This document shows positions 10,032 through 19,376 of a DNA stretch of 64,000 nt, one piece after another. The position numbers and the translations under genes were made by a program. This DNA is from a virus, in IMG/VR virus record IMGVR_UViG_3300010371_000002, positions 29,961 to 93,960 of that record; one strand, 5' to 3'. Numbering within the stretch: the first letter of the stretch is position 1; every line of letters starts with the position of its first letter. The notes beneath the pieces were generated by a model. That model saw only the letters and a program-made list of their open reading frames with translations, was not told the DNA's origin and did not search any database.

Positions 10032-10082
10032 GGTTTTCTCCCGCCGATCACGGCATTCAGGAAAAGGAGGCCCGAGCAATGG

Positions 10083-10676
10083 CTACGAGGGGCCGATGTA
10101 TGTGGTTCGGTTCTGGGCGTAGTGGATGATCGCGCGGTGGACGATCAGATATCCGTGGTAATAGGTCTTGCCTTCGGCGGAGATCTCCGGCCAGTTCATC
10201 GGGCCGCCGGAGATGCGCTCGCACTCCGTGAAGCCCCAGGGCTCTCCGTTGCCTTTCGGCGGCAGCGCATAGCCACCCGTCGCCGGGTTCTTCGGATACA
10301 GGGTGCGCGTGTGGCTGTTGTTGAACAGGTCGCGGAGCGTGTCGCTCACGACGCCTTCGAAGTAGGAGAATGCCTCCGGGCTGTTCCCCACCGCGATCGG
10401 CGTCTTGACCCGTATCTCCGTCATCTGCGTGAGTTCGTACAGCCCGGTTCCTTCCGGCAAGTCTTGATCCCGCCCATGGACGATGCAGACCAGAGGTTGT
10501 CCGACCGCCTTCAGATCTCCAATCGGCACCTGTGCCGCTGAGATCTGAAGAGAAGCAGGAACCCCGGCGGCCGCGAACGTCGCGTTGATGGACGGAATCC
10601 CGTAGGTCAGGATCAGGTCCTGGAGGGCGTAGTCGAGCGCCTGCCGGAGCGGCATCATCGTTTGCGGTGCAGGCAT
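10083..10676 (-). CDS. Putative tail terminator/completion protein
   Basis: Position immediately upstream of tail tube; size. Confidence 0.5.
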   Translation of the reverse strand: MPAPQTMMPLRQALDYALQDLILTYGIPSINATFAAAGVPASLQISAAQVPIGDLKAVGQPLVCIVHGRDQDLPEGTGLYELTQMTEIRVKTPIAVGNSPEAFSYFEGVVSDTLRDLFNNSHTRTLYPKNPATGGYALPPKGNGEPWGFTECERISGGPMNWPEISAEGKTYYHGYLIVHRAIIHYAQNRTTYIGPS

Positions 10677-10685
10677 GGGAGTGAC

Positions 10686-11210
10686 CTACGAAGGCGTGAT
10701 TTCGCTGGCGCGAACCTCGATCCCCGAAGGGGCGATGCCGGTTCGCATCACGATATAATCAATGAGCCGCTTCTGAAGCTGGTCGATTTCCGCCGGGACG
10801 AGCGCCACGAGGATGCGCTGTGGAACCCAGGAATCGGATGAGGGATTGTCATGGACCGCTGCATAGGGCGCGAAATCCAGATTGATTCCCGTCGTTACGG
10901 AATTCGCGGTGAGCAGGATCGTCTCGCCCACCTCGGAGGCCAGTCGCCCGGTCCGCACGAGGGTTTCGTCCCCGAACCCGAGACGGTCTTTCTCCCGCTG
11001 CGTTTTGGGTGTCACGGCTGCCCAGGGCACGCCGAAGGTCTGCCCTTTGTCCTCGAAGTTGCGCTGCTGCCACTGGGCCATGTCAAGCCCCATGAGATCC
11101 AGGATCGGCGAGAAGTCCTCCCCCAGGAATTCACAGAGCGGCCCGAGATCGCCCTCCGGGATCAGGTCCGGCGTCGCATAGATCGAGAACACAACCGATT
11201 GAGCAGGCAT
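10686..11210 (-). CDS. Virion morphogenesis/neck protein (Mu gpG-like)
   Basis: NF..G..FGVPW...T...K, LVRTGRL, YAAVH and PQR motifs typical of this family. Confidence 0.75.
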   Translation of the reverse strand: MPAQSVVFSIYATPDLIPEGDLGPLCEFLGEDFSPILDLMGLDMAQWQQRNFEDKGQTFGVPWAAVTPKTQREKDRLGFGDETLVRTGRLASEVGETILLTANSVTTGINLDFAPYAAVHDNPSSDSWVPQRILVALVPAEIDQLQKRLIDYIVMRTGIAPSGIEVRASEITPS

Positions 11211-11213
11211 ACA

Positions 11214-11597
11214 CTACTCCGGTAAGGGATTTGCCTCGATGGTGACCGGATTGTCTTCGGGGGTGTCCGGTGGCTTGGGTTGTGGCGCTTCCGGCAGTGG
11301 AATCTCGGATGCTTGCTGCACAGATGGTTTGGTCACAACAATTCCACTCTCTGCCTCAATTTGCTCAAGTGTTTTAAGCTCTGAGTGGTCGAGACGGTTG
11401 CCATTTGGATCGGTGAGGGGTTGGCGTGGGTAGCCGATCGGGAAGCGGCACCGGGGGCATTCGCCCGTGGACTTCACCTCGGGGGCATATTCGGGCGTGA
11501 CCTCCCGTCCGTCGGGGCCGACCACGTTTGTTCGCGAGGGCATTGCGGAGCCGTTGTGGTTGTATCCGCAGTTCGCGCACTGTTTTGTAAGGTCCAT
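11214..11597 (-). CDS. Hypothetical zinc-ribbon protein
   Basis: CANC...CPRC; Pro-rich C-terminus. Confidence 0.55.
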   Translation of the reverse strand: MDLTKQCANCGYNHNGSAMPSRTNVVGPDGREVTPEYAPEVKSTGECPRCRFPIGYPRQPLTDPNGNRLDHSELKTLEQIEAESGIVVTKPSVQQASEIPLPEAPQPKPPDTPEDNPVTIEANPLPE

Positions 11598-11607
11598 GCT
11601 CTCGCTC

Positions 11608-12030
11608 CTATGTCTGGGGAATATCGGGTGGCCGGAAACTGGGGCGCGTTCCGTCCGGGTTGGCCGTCGCGGTTGCGGACTGAGGCTCGCGATAGCAGCA
11701 CATCCGCTGCATGGCCCCCTGGTTCTGGATCATCTCCCGGTAAGTACGGGCGATTATATAGACTGTGCCCTGCCTCGTCAGCGTCTGGTTCTCCACCGGA
11801 ACCGCCTTGAGAAAACTGGGCGGCACATCCACGATAATCGGGTCTGCGTTCGCCGCATTGACAAGCCCTTCGGGAACCCATGGCGGCACGCTCGTGATCC
11901 CGACAGCCGTGACGTTCGCATACGCGACGGTCCCGTCCGGGAGGGTGACTTGTTCCCCATACTGCTTCACGGTGTTCGCAATAATGTCCGCGAATCCGAT
12001 CCCGCGCGTACTCGCCCCTCGCTGCCTCAT
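11608..12030 (-). CDS. Putative head closure/stopper protein
   Basis: GEQVTL...G.VY.I pattern; neck position. Confidence 0.5.
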   Translation of the reverse strand: MRQRGASTRGIGFADIIANTVKQYGEQVTLPDGTVAYANVTAVGITSVPPWVPEGLVNAANADPIIVDVPPSFLKAVPVENQTLTRQGTVYIIARTYREMIQNQGAMQRMCCYREPQSATATANPDGTRPSFRPPDIPQT

Positions 12031-12048
12031 GGATAGCCTCGCAAATCA

Positions 12049-12447
12049 CTACCACACGGTCATGTTGCCGGGGTTGTTGCCGTTGCCGGTCGCAGGGGTG
12101 AACATCTGATCCGGCGGGTTTATGACCGGCTGATAGGGGCACTTCGACCGCAAATCGGACGCCTGGGCGCGGTACTGGGCCGCGAGTTCGGAGGTCGTGA
12201 CGCCAAGGCTCTGGGTCTTCACGATGAGCGCCAGCCGCACGGCATCGGAAGCCAGTGCCTCCAGACCCATCGCCGCCGCCAGCATCGGCGTGTTGCCCGC
12301 GATCCCGAGGAAATACTGAATCTCGGCATCGGTGAACGTCGCGGTGTTTTGCCCGTCATCCGTCAGGTCGTCCACGTCGGTATCGGCGAGATGGAGACGG
12401 GTCTGTCCAGTGGTCGTGGTCAAATCGTAGGTGTAGATGGCAGTCAT
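12049..12447 (-). CDS. Head-tail adaptor/connector protein
   Basis: Likely start MTAIYTYD; TRLHLADT...FTDAEIQYFL...AAAMGLEALA pattern of adaptor proteins. Confidence 0.7.
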   Translation of the reverse strand: MTAIYTYDLTTTTGQTRLHLADTDVDDLTDDGQNTATFTDAEIQYFLGIAGNTPMLAAAMGLEALASDAVRLALIVKTQSLGVTTSELAAQYRAQASDLRSKCPYQPVINPPDQMFTPATGNGNNPGNMTVW

Positions 12448-12457
12448 CGCGCGCCTC

Positions 12458-12973
12458 CTATCCGGTCCGGGATTCGGCAACGCCAGGAATGACCGTTACC
12501 TTCGTGGTGTCCTGGATCGTCGGCGTCTGCCGGCCGGTCGCAAGGTTCTCGATGTTGCCGCCCCGGGTGCGGAACTGTCCGGCATCGAAGAATGCGTGCC
12601 AACTGGAGATGTGGTACCGCCAGAGCGTGTGCTTGGGATCGTGCTTCATCTCGGAATGGATGCCGGGGAAAAAGCCGACGGGTACGTTATAGGGATCGTA
12701 AGGCTGGTAGATCTCCGCGCGGCTGATCCGGTCCGGCATAATCGGCATGTAGAACGCCTTGTCGTCCCCCTGCGCGATCATCCAGCGGTCATCGCCGCAG
12801 AGCACAGAACAGATGTCCTGCGCGATCACCAGATGGTCGCAGACCACGAGTTTTCCGTCCACCATCAGCGGGATCGGGGTGTCATCGCCCGTTTTGTACC
12901 AGACGATGATGCAGTAACCCTTGACGGTCTCTTTTGTCTCGAACATACATGGCCTCGCGAGCAGAGATTTCAA
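12458..12973 (-). CDS. Hypothetical protein
   Basis: ORF filling gap between capsid and adaptor. Confidence 0.55.
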   Translation of the reverse strand: MKSLLARPCMFETKETVKGYCIIVWYKTGDDTPIPLMVDGKLVVCDHLVIAQDICSVLCGDDRWMIAQGDDKAFYMPIMPDRISRAEIYQPYDPYNVPVGFFPGIHSEMKHDPKHTLWRYHISSWHAFFDAGQFRTRGGNIENLATGRQTPTIQDTTKVTVIPGVAESRTG

Positions 12974-12987
12974 CTGGTCAAAGTATC

Positions 12988-13024
12988 AGGGAGGCTGACG
13001 CAGCAATCGCCACACAGCCTCCCT
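12988..13024 (-). terminator. Stem-loop downstream of major capsid gene
   Basis: AGGGAGGCTG...CAGCCTCCCT 10-bp stem; typical position for a terminator or mRNA stabiliser. Confidence 0.45.
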
Positions 13025-13056
13025 AGTGAAGCACGGAGTTCCTAGTCCAATGGAAC

Positions 13057-14085
13057 TTAGATGGAGGTTCCGCTGATCAGGTAAGCACCGACGATCTTGC
13101 CGGTGGACGGGGCATCGACCGCGACGGCCTTGGCAGTCCTCATGCAAGATGCCTCGATGAACTGGCCCTTGCGGTCCTCGTTGCGGTACCGGCGCACCTG
13201 GAAGCCGCGCACGCCCGTGGTGTCGTCCGGAGCCTCGAAGGTGCGGAAGCCGTGGACGGTGCGCGGGCCGACGCCGACGCTGCGGTAGAACACGACCGCG
13301 AGCGCCTGCCCCTGGTCGTCCACCCACATGTTGTTCGTCGTCACGGCCGCGCCTTCCGCCGCCGTGTTGTACTGCTGGTTCCCTTCCAGGACCGTACAGC
13401 CGCGAAGGTTGCGCACCAGACCGCTTTCGCTCAGTCCCTCCGGGTTGGTGAACTTATACAGGTCCTTGTAGTCCGGGTGGTCGGCGAGCGTGAGGGCGCT
13501 GTCCAGGGTGAGCAGAATGTAGTTCGCTTCCCGGTAGACACCCTTGCGGACCGCGATGCGCCCGTCCCGGATGTTCGAGAACGGATGGGAGTTCGCGGAG
13601 GCGTACGAGAGCCAGGAGGTTCCCGTGCTGCCGGTGGTGAGCTGGGCCGTGTAGCCGCTCGCATACCCGGAGCGCGTCCCGACGATGGTCGCCGTGAACT
13701 TCTCGTAGTCGAGTTTGATGCGCTCGGTCACGAGATAGGTGGCGTCGATGTCGGGCTGCAGCGGGCTGTCCGCGATGGCGATTTCCGCGTCCGTCACGAG
13801 ATCGCGCAGGGCGAACTCCTCCGTGTAGTAGGAGTCCGTGGAGAGCGTGAAGTCGATCTCGGCCGCTTCGGTTTTTGGCCGCCGGATGGACCGGGGCCGG
13901 TTATTGGCGTCCAGTCCGCTGGTCGAGAGGAACGTCGCCCGGTCGTACACGAAGTACTTGTTGGAGCGCACGTCCACCGGCAGCGGCGGGGCCACGACAT
14001 CCGCAATCAGGGAGTCGTTCATGTAGGCGATCGAGACCTCGGTGAGAGCGCGATCGATGTGGAGACTTGTCAGCGCAGGCATCAT
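13057..14085 (-). CDS. Major capsid protein
   Basis: 342 aa; IDRALTEVSIAYMN..IAD.VAP.LPV and W...HPFSNI segments typical of HK97-fold capsids; follows scaffold and cement genes. Confidence 0.85.
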   Translation of the reverse strand: MMPALTSLHIDRALTEVSIAYMNDSLIADVVAPPLPVDVRSNKYFVYDRATFLSTSGLDANNRPRSIRRPKTEAAEIDFTLSTDSYYTEEFALRDLVTDAEIAIADSPLQPDIDATYLVTERIKLDYEKFTATIVGTRSGYASGYTAQLTTGSTGTSWLSYASANSHPFSNIRDGRIAVRKGVYREANYILLTLDSALTLADHPDYKDLYKFTNPEGLSESGLVRNLRGCTVLEGNQQYNTAAEGAAVTTNNMWVDDQGQALAVVFYRSVGVGPRTVHGFRTFEAPDDTTGVRGFQVRRYRNEDRKGQFIEASCMRTAKAVAVDAPSTGKIVGAYLISGTSI

Positions 14086-14094
14086 GCCCTCCTT

Positions 14095-14493
14095 TTACAG
14101 CCGGGTCAGTTCCGGGTTGATCAGTACGTCCACCAGATTGCCCGACGTGGCGTTCGTCACCGCCGTCCCGACCACCTGGGCCACGATCGCCCCCGTGGTA
14201 TTGGGCACGATCGGGACAGCCTGCCCGATGGCGTTCGAGGCGACTTGCTGGCCTGCCGTGATGGTTGCGCCCGCGATGATCTGGCAGATATCATCGATCT
14301 GGACCGCGACGTTGCCGTCCGAGTCCGAGGGTTCGCCGGTGACACCGGCGAACGGCTGGGCGTTCGCGGTCGAGAGCGCCACGGCTCCCTGGTTCACCGT
14401 CGAAACGATGACGATCAGGTTCGCGCCGACGGGCGTGGTGGGCGCTCCGTCAACCGTGAATGTCCGGCGTCGGCCGGTATGCTGATAGGCCAT
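14095..14493 (-). CDS. Capsid cement/decoration protein (DUF2190-like)
   Basis: AGATITAGQQVASNAIGQAV...VGTAVTNATSGNLVDVLI. Confidence 0.75.
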   Translation of the reverse strand: MAYQHTGRRRTFTVDGAPTTPVGANLIVIVSTVNQGAVALSTANAQPFAGVTGEPSDSDGNVAVQIDDICQIIAGATITAGQQVASNAIGQAVPIVPNTTGAIVAQVVGTAVTNATSGNLVDVLINPELTRL

Positions 14494-17400
14494 TATTTTC
14501 CTCCTGCCACCGGCGCGCTGGCGCGGTACGCCGCCGCCTTATCGGGATGCTCGCGCGAAACGATTTCGAGCGCCTTACCGAACGTGATGTTGTCCTTCTT
14601 GGCGCGGTCCCGCGCGAAGGTGATGATCTCCGCGTCATCGGCACCGTTTTGGGTGCCGCGCGGAACTCGTGTGGACTGGAAGCCCACGAGCGCCGCGATG
14701 GGCTCCCGGTCCTGGTACAGAGGCCGGATGTGGGCGTCGAAGAACGCCGGTTCCACTTCCCCAAGCTTCTTCGTCAGCGATTCCGCCTCGTGCGAGGTGA
14801 TGCGGAACTCATCCGCCATGGACTTGATCCAGGCGCTGTTCTGCGCGAAATGCGCCGCTTTCGCCTGCTCGGCCTGCTTCGTCTGCTCGGCGGAAAAGTC
14901 GGTTTTGAGCGCGACATTCTCTTCCCGAAGTTTTGCGAGTTCGACTTTCAGTGAACTGAACTCGGCCTTGTCGGCCTCACTGAGACCACCACCGGTCGTG
15001 GTCGCCCCTGCATCGGCTTCCTTGGTCGCTTCCGCGAAGACGGCTACGACCTGCTCTTCCGTCGCGTCGTCCGGCAGCTTCTTGAACTTTGCGGCGATTG
15101 TCTGCCACACATTCATTTTTTTCTCCTTGCCGGACCTGTCGGCCGACATCATCGCGGGCAGGCTCGTCATCGAAGCTTGATGAGCGAGCGGGTGCCCAAT
15201 GGCGAGTTTGCTCATGTACGCATCGCAGTCCGCGCCCATTTTGGCCGCGTTATCGTGATGCTTCTGGATCTCCCGCAAGAGTTCGGGAGTGATGAAGTCG
15301 GCCCGCCCCTCGACTTCCCGGGGCGTACCGAACATCGATTTTCCGGGGCAGTGCGCCCCCTGGCTGCACGCGAAGTCGTGTACGACCTGGTGCGGATTGC
15401 TGTAGTAGCCGCTGGTGTCGCCCATAAGGACCTTCCCTTGAGTCGTGGGTGGACCGCCGGACTGCCCGGATTTGAACCCGGCCGCCTCGGCGGCGTTGAA
15501 GGCCGCCATGAGCGCGGCCCCGGTGATGCGCGGATGCTCAACGAGGGCGAGCCCCGTGAGCTTCTTCGAGGTCCGGTCCCATTCGCACGAGACGGGCTTG
15601 TCCTCGGGGAGCTGGCTGTCCAGCCACTTCGGGATCTTGACGGTGCCGAAGAGCTTCTTGCCATCGGTCCGGGCGTCGATGACGTCGCCCAGCTTCCCGT
15701 CGAGCATCGTGGGGACATGCTCCAGGTCGATCGGCACCGGCGCGAAGTCCTGAACGGCCTGGTTCATCTCGGCCGTGTTCAGCGAGAACTTCTTATCGGG
15801 ATAATCACCGACTTCGAACAGGAAGGAGTTCGGATAGTAGACGTAATCGCCGTCCTCGAACCGGCTTCCTTGATTTGCAGTGAGGCTGAATGCCGCCATC
15901 TTGGCCTTCCTCTTTCCGGTGTAGCCTTTCGGCATCACCGCCGAATCGTCGTCTCCGTCATCGTCCGGCAGCCACGGCGCGACGATCTCGGGATCATGGA
16001 ACTGATCCGCCATGCGCTTGTAGATCTTCTCAAGGTCCTCTTCGGCGGATTTCCGGGACGCCGCCGGGAGATCGGTCTGCTTCAGGCGGGCGGCGGCGTT
16101 GAAGGCCCCGTGCGGGATGATCGTGAGCTTCCCGCCCACGATATCGGCAATCGGCAGCTTGTAGCTGGTGAAGAGCTTGGGGTCGCCCGCGCAGGCAAGG
16201 AACGCCTTGCCGAAGTTGCCTGTCGGCTCCTTGTCGGAGCCCGTGTGGTCCCGGACGCGCTTTGCCGCCGCCCCGGCGTCCCAGGGATGATCGCGCGGCG
16301 CGATGGGAAGCGAAATATCGCCCACCTTGAAGTGAACATGGGCTGGCTGTGGCATGGCGTCTCCTTTCAAGGGGATCACGAAGCGCCGCCCGCGCGCGTC
16401 CGAGAAGGTGATCTCGTCCACGGAATGCTCCGTGCCGATCAGGGAATCGTTTCCGGCGAACTTCGCGCCCTGGCCAGCCTTCACGTAGGCCACCGTCACA
16501 TGCGGGCGGTAATCCGGGAACGTGACCGTGGTGTCGCAGCCGCTTCGGATCTTCTGGTGGAGCGCGTGCAGGTCCGGGCTGTGGACATCAAACTTCACGA
16601 CATCATCGCGCCCGTCCTTGCCCTCGAACACGCTCGTGGGACCGAACCGCAGCGTGACTGGCCCATGATCCTTCACAGCCGCCGCCACGGCATGCGGATC
16701 GAACGTATGGAGTCCGTAGCAGACCGTGCAGTGCGGCGTGTCCTCGCGGCCATCCTCGCCCATGTCAGCATCGGGGATGGATGCCGCAAACCCCGTCACG
16801 AGATCCGCGAGAGCGGGCGGAAGGTCGATCTGCGTGGACGCGAAGGTGTGCCGGAAGTCGCTCGCCCCGAGCCGTGCGGCCATCGCTCCACATTTCGGGC
16901 AGACATTGTAACGCCCTCGAACGTTGTCTTCTGTTTCAAATTCGTGTCGGCAGTTCGTGCAGGCGAACGAGTACCGATGGGGTTTCTCCTCGCCCGTCGG
17001 CTTGTCGATGTGAAGCGACCCCAGATCCGTGAAAGATGCTTTTTCAGAATCATCGGGGGCAACTTCCAGGAAGCACTGGCAGCGAAAGCCGTGGCACGCG
17101 AGATCGAAGCTCTGCGGGTAGAGTCCGGTGGCCGCGAAGTCCTCGGCCGGCATCGGGCCAAGAGACGCCATCTCCAGGCAGTCGCGGCAGGATTCCTTCG
17201 TCGCCCCGATCCGCCAGATGATGGACTGCCCACTCTCCACCGCGCCCGCGACCAATCCCGCCCAGTACTGCGACAGAATCGCGTTGCAATACAGCGTCAC
17301 ACGCCGCCGAACCGTATCATCCGAAAGTGGAGAGGGTTGCGACTGAGAAGTTTGATCTGATCCCTGCTCCGCAGCCGAATTAGCGTCCGCATTCTCGCGC

Positions 17401-18032
17401 GAGATATGAGCGGCATTGGCGAATAAGCGTAGTGCGTCAGCCTGAGTGTCTACAAATGGCTTTGTTGCGTCTTCTGGCGATGAAGCAGATCCCACGGGTG
17501 CTGCGGCGGTAAATCCTTCCTGGTAGGCTTCCTGGGCGTTCTTTTCGATACCGTCGATGGCTTCGGTGATCTCCGAACTCTCGGCGGATGTCACGGCCCC
17601 GTAGAGCAACAGCCAGAGCAGAATCAACCCATGGTGCAGGTTCGCGCTCATCCAGTGCGGCCGCCATGTCCACCCGTCAGGCGCGGAGGAATCGGCGCTG
17701 AACTGCCCCGGATGATCCGCTTCGAGCATCTGGCTCCAGAGTCTGGCGAACCAGGCGCGGCCAGCTTGCCCACCCCAGAGCAGGGCCGACACGTAGCCGG
17801 GGCTGTCATGGGGCAGATCGAGGAACCGGCGATTGCGGAGCCAGAACCGATGCGCCTTGCGTGCCTTGTCAGGGCTGACCGTTCCTCCTGTGGCGATTCG
17901 GTGCGCCCATGCGATGGTTCCGGCTTCCAGGCCGTCGCCGCCATGCCCCGCATCCACCATCCCGGCCCCCGTTCGGCATGCGTCCTGCACGGCTTTCGGT
18001 GGCTTGAAGTCGATGTGGACGTAATTGGACAT
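14493..18032 (-). CDS. Head polyprotein: N-terminal WGG domain + MuF-like minor head domain + Zn ribbon + 2H phosphoesterase (Acb1-like) + YKLP domain + prohead protease + scaffold
   Basis: LLWGGQAG; CRDC...CHGFRCQC; CTNC/CPKC; PHCTVCYG and PHVTVAY (two HxT motifs); YKLPIADIVGGKL; DLEH/VSCEW/LALVEHPR; coiled-coil C-terminus upstream of capsid genes. Confidence 0.8.
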   Translation of the reverse strand: MSNYVHIDFKPPKAVQDACRTGAGMVDAGHGGDGLEAGTIAWAHRIATGGTVSPDKARKAHRFWLRNRRFLDLPHDSPGYVSALLWGGQAGRAWFARLWSQMLEADHPGQFSADSSAPDGWTWRPHWMSANLHHGLILLWLLLYGAVTSAESSEITEAIDGIEKNAQEAYQEGFTAAAPVGSASSPEDATKPFVDTQADALRLFANAAHISRENADANSAAEQGSDQTSQSQPSPLSDDTVRRRVTLYCNAILSQYWAGLVAGAVESGQSIIWRIGATKESCRDCLEMASLGPMPAEDFAATGLYPQSFDLACHGFRCQCFLEVAPDDSEKASFTDLGSLHIDKPTGEEKPHRYSFACTNCRHEFETEDNVRGRYNVCPKCGAMAARLGASDFRHTFASTQIDLPPALADLVTGFAASIPDADMGEDGREDTPHCTVCYGLHTFDPHAVAAAVKDHGPVTLRFGPTSVFEGKDGRDDVVKFDVHSPDLHALHQKIRSGCDTTVTFPDYRPHVTVAYVKAGQGAKFAGNDSLIGTEHSVDEITFSDARGRRFVIPLKGDAMPQPAHVHFKVGDISLPIAPRDHPWDAGAAAKRVRDHTGSDKEPTGNFGKAFLACAGDPKLFTSYKLPIADIVGGKLTIIPHGAFNAAARLKQTDLPAASRKSAEEDLEKIYKRMADQFHDPEIVAPWLPDDDGDDDSAVMPKGYTGKRKAKMAAFSLTANQGSRFEDGDYVYYPNSFLFEVGDYPDKKFSLNTAEMNQAVQDFAPVPIDLEHVPTMLDGKLGDVIDARTDGKKLFGTVKIPKWLDSQLPEDKPVSCEWDRTSKKLTGLALVEHPRITGAALMAAFNAAEAAGFKSGQSGGPPTTQGKVLMGDTSGYYSNPHQVVHDFACSQGAHCPGKSMFGTPREVEGRADFITPELLREIQKHHDNAAKMGADCDAYMSKLAIGHPLAHQASMTSLPAMMSADRSGKEKKMNVWQTIAAKFKKLPDDATEEQVVAVFAEATKEADAGATTTGGGLSEADKAEFSSLKVELAKLREENVALKTDFSAEQTKQAEQAKAAHFAQNSAWIKSMADEFRITSHEAESLTKKLGEVEPAFFDAHIRPLYQDREPIAALVGFQSTRVPRGTQNGADDAEIITFARDRAKKDNITFGKALEIVSREHPDKAAAYRASAPVAGGK

Positions 18033-18038
18033 GGCAAC

Positions 18039-18061
18039 AAAAAAGCGCCCTCGGAGGCGCT
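18039..18061 (-). terminator. Rho-independent terminator just upstream of head polyprotein start
   Basis: AGCGCC-TCCGAG-GGCGCT followed by a T run on the minus strand. Confidence 0.65.
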
Positions 18062-18078
18062 ATCGGGTAGTACAATAG

Positions 18079-18393
18079 ATGCAGTATTGCGAAATGGGGC
18101 GAAATTATATGAATGATCGCAACGAAATCACCGGCTTGAACACATTGTCACAGCCGTGGAATCAAGTCGGCAGCCGCGCACTCTCCACTGAAGACCTCAC
18201 TGCCGTACGGGCCAAGATGATCCGTGAGTGGGGAACACCGAAGCCCGAACCTCATCTCTACGTCCCGGCAAACTGGCAAGAAAGCGAGTACTGGCGGGCC
18301 GCTGTTGGGTTCTGGACAAACGACCGTAGCCTTATCAGTGATCGATACCTGGAAGCCATTAATCACGTGGTCCACGAGATGCTCATGGGGTGA
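18079..18393 (+). CDS. Hypothetical protein (moron)
   Basis: Opposite-strand ORF downstream of TACAAT at 18071; true start may be 18094 or 18109. Confidence 0.5.
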   Translation: MQYCEMGRNYMNDRNEITGLNTLSQPWNQVGSRALSTEDLTAVRAKMIREWGTPKPEPHLYVPANWQESEYWRAAVGFWTNDRSLISDRYLEAINHVVHEMLMG

Positions 18394-18404
18394 TACAATC
18401 AAGC

Positions 18405-18707
18405 ATGGAAAAGCAAATCACATGGTCCGATTTCGCGGGGGCAAAATGCGATCCCGTCGGTGACATGCTCTCAATGGCGGAATCGCGCGAGGACGTCGAA
18501 TATCTACAGCGCATGCTTCTGCGTGAAGACGCGCCCGAGGAAACCGTCAATCGGTTTGAACAGGCAAAGTCTCAGCTTCCGCAGTTTGGTCCAAGTCCAA
18601 TCCGTCCGATGATTCATCCGGCGCTGAATGCTCTTGAACTTGAAGAGGCTGTGCGGGAGTGGATTCGGTCGGGATTGCCGGATCGTCCACGCTCTCAGGC
18701 AGACTGA
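18405..18707 (+). CDS. Hypothetical protein (moron, probably leaderless)
   Basis: TGaTACAAT (18391-18399) 5 nt before ATG 18405. Confidence 0.5.
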   Translation: MEKQITWSDFAGAKCDPVGDMLSMAESREDVEYLQRMLLREDAPEETVNRFEQAKSQLPQFGPSPIRPMIHPALNALELEEAVREWIRSGLPDRPRSQAD

Positions 18708-18963
18708 CGGGTTCCTCATCGAGATCGACGGGTGGCAATTCGGGGTGTCCTTCGTCGCCCAGGTTCGGGCAGTGGATGCCGTCCGGGACATAGACCCCGC
18801 AGTAGGTACACACTCCGTAAATACTGAAGCAATGCGAGCAGTAGTAGGTGTTGACGATGGGGCTGTCGAACTCGCCGCCTTCGAGTCGTGACTGGTCGTG
18901 CTGATACCGGCAACCGCCGCAGTAGACACGATGTCCGTTCAATTCAAGGAATGGATAGCTCAC
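18547..18963 (-). CDS. Hypothetical Cys-rich protein
   Basis: CGGC, CSHC, CTYC; coupled to upstream gene; 3' end overlaps the + strand ORF. Confidence 0.45.
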   Translation of the reverse strand: MSYPFLELNGHRVYCGGCRYQHDQSRLEGGEFDSPIVNTYYCSHCFSIYGVCTYCGVYVPDGIHCPNLGDEGHPELPPVDLDEEPVSLPESVDDPAIPTESTPAQPLQVQEHSAPDESSDGLDLDQTAEAETLPVQTD

Positions 18964-19373
18964 TGCGTCTCTCCTTCCTCAAAGACCTTGAGACCACGGA
19001 TCGCGTGTATCAAGCCGGAGGGAGTGCGGCCGTCGGGTGAGCAGAACCGCGAAACCTCTTGGTACTCCGCGTGCGTGGCCAGCGCCCTGGCATTCTCCGT
19101 GCTCAGATGCATCTCCGAAGCTTCACGGCCATAGCGGGCCATGTAGCCGCGCTTAGCCGCCTTCAGGCTGTCGAACGGTTGAGACTCCTCCCAGTGCCAT
19201 GTATCGGTATCCGGTATGGCGAAGAAACCTTCCGCACCGGACACATACGACCCGATCACACTGGGCTTGAAATACTGGTACTGGTGCGTACTTGTCTCAC
19301 TCTCGGGTGATGTCGCTTTTTGCTCAATTACGCCGACACAGCACCGCAATGGACCTGACTTTGGCATGATCAT
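18960..19373 (-). CDS. Hypothetical protein
   Basis: In-operon ORF after glycosyltransferase. Confidence 0.55.
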   Translation of the reverse strand: MIMPKSGPLRCCVGVIEQKATSPESETSTHQYQYFKPSVIGSYVSGAEGFFAIPDTDTWHWEESQPFDSLKAAKRGYMARYGREASEMHLSTENARALATHAEYQEVSRFCSPDGRTPSGLIHAIRGLKVFEEGETQ

Positions 19374-19376
19374 TCC

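Noticed and set aside
13252-17360. Long + strand ORFs (642 and 727 aa)
   Set aside because: Antisense shadows of the capsid, cement and head polyprotein genes.
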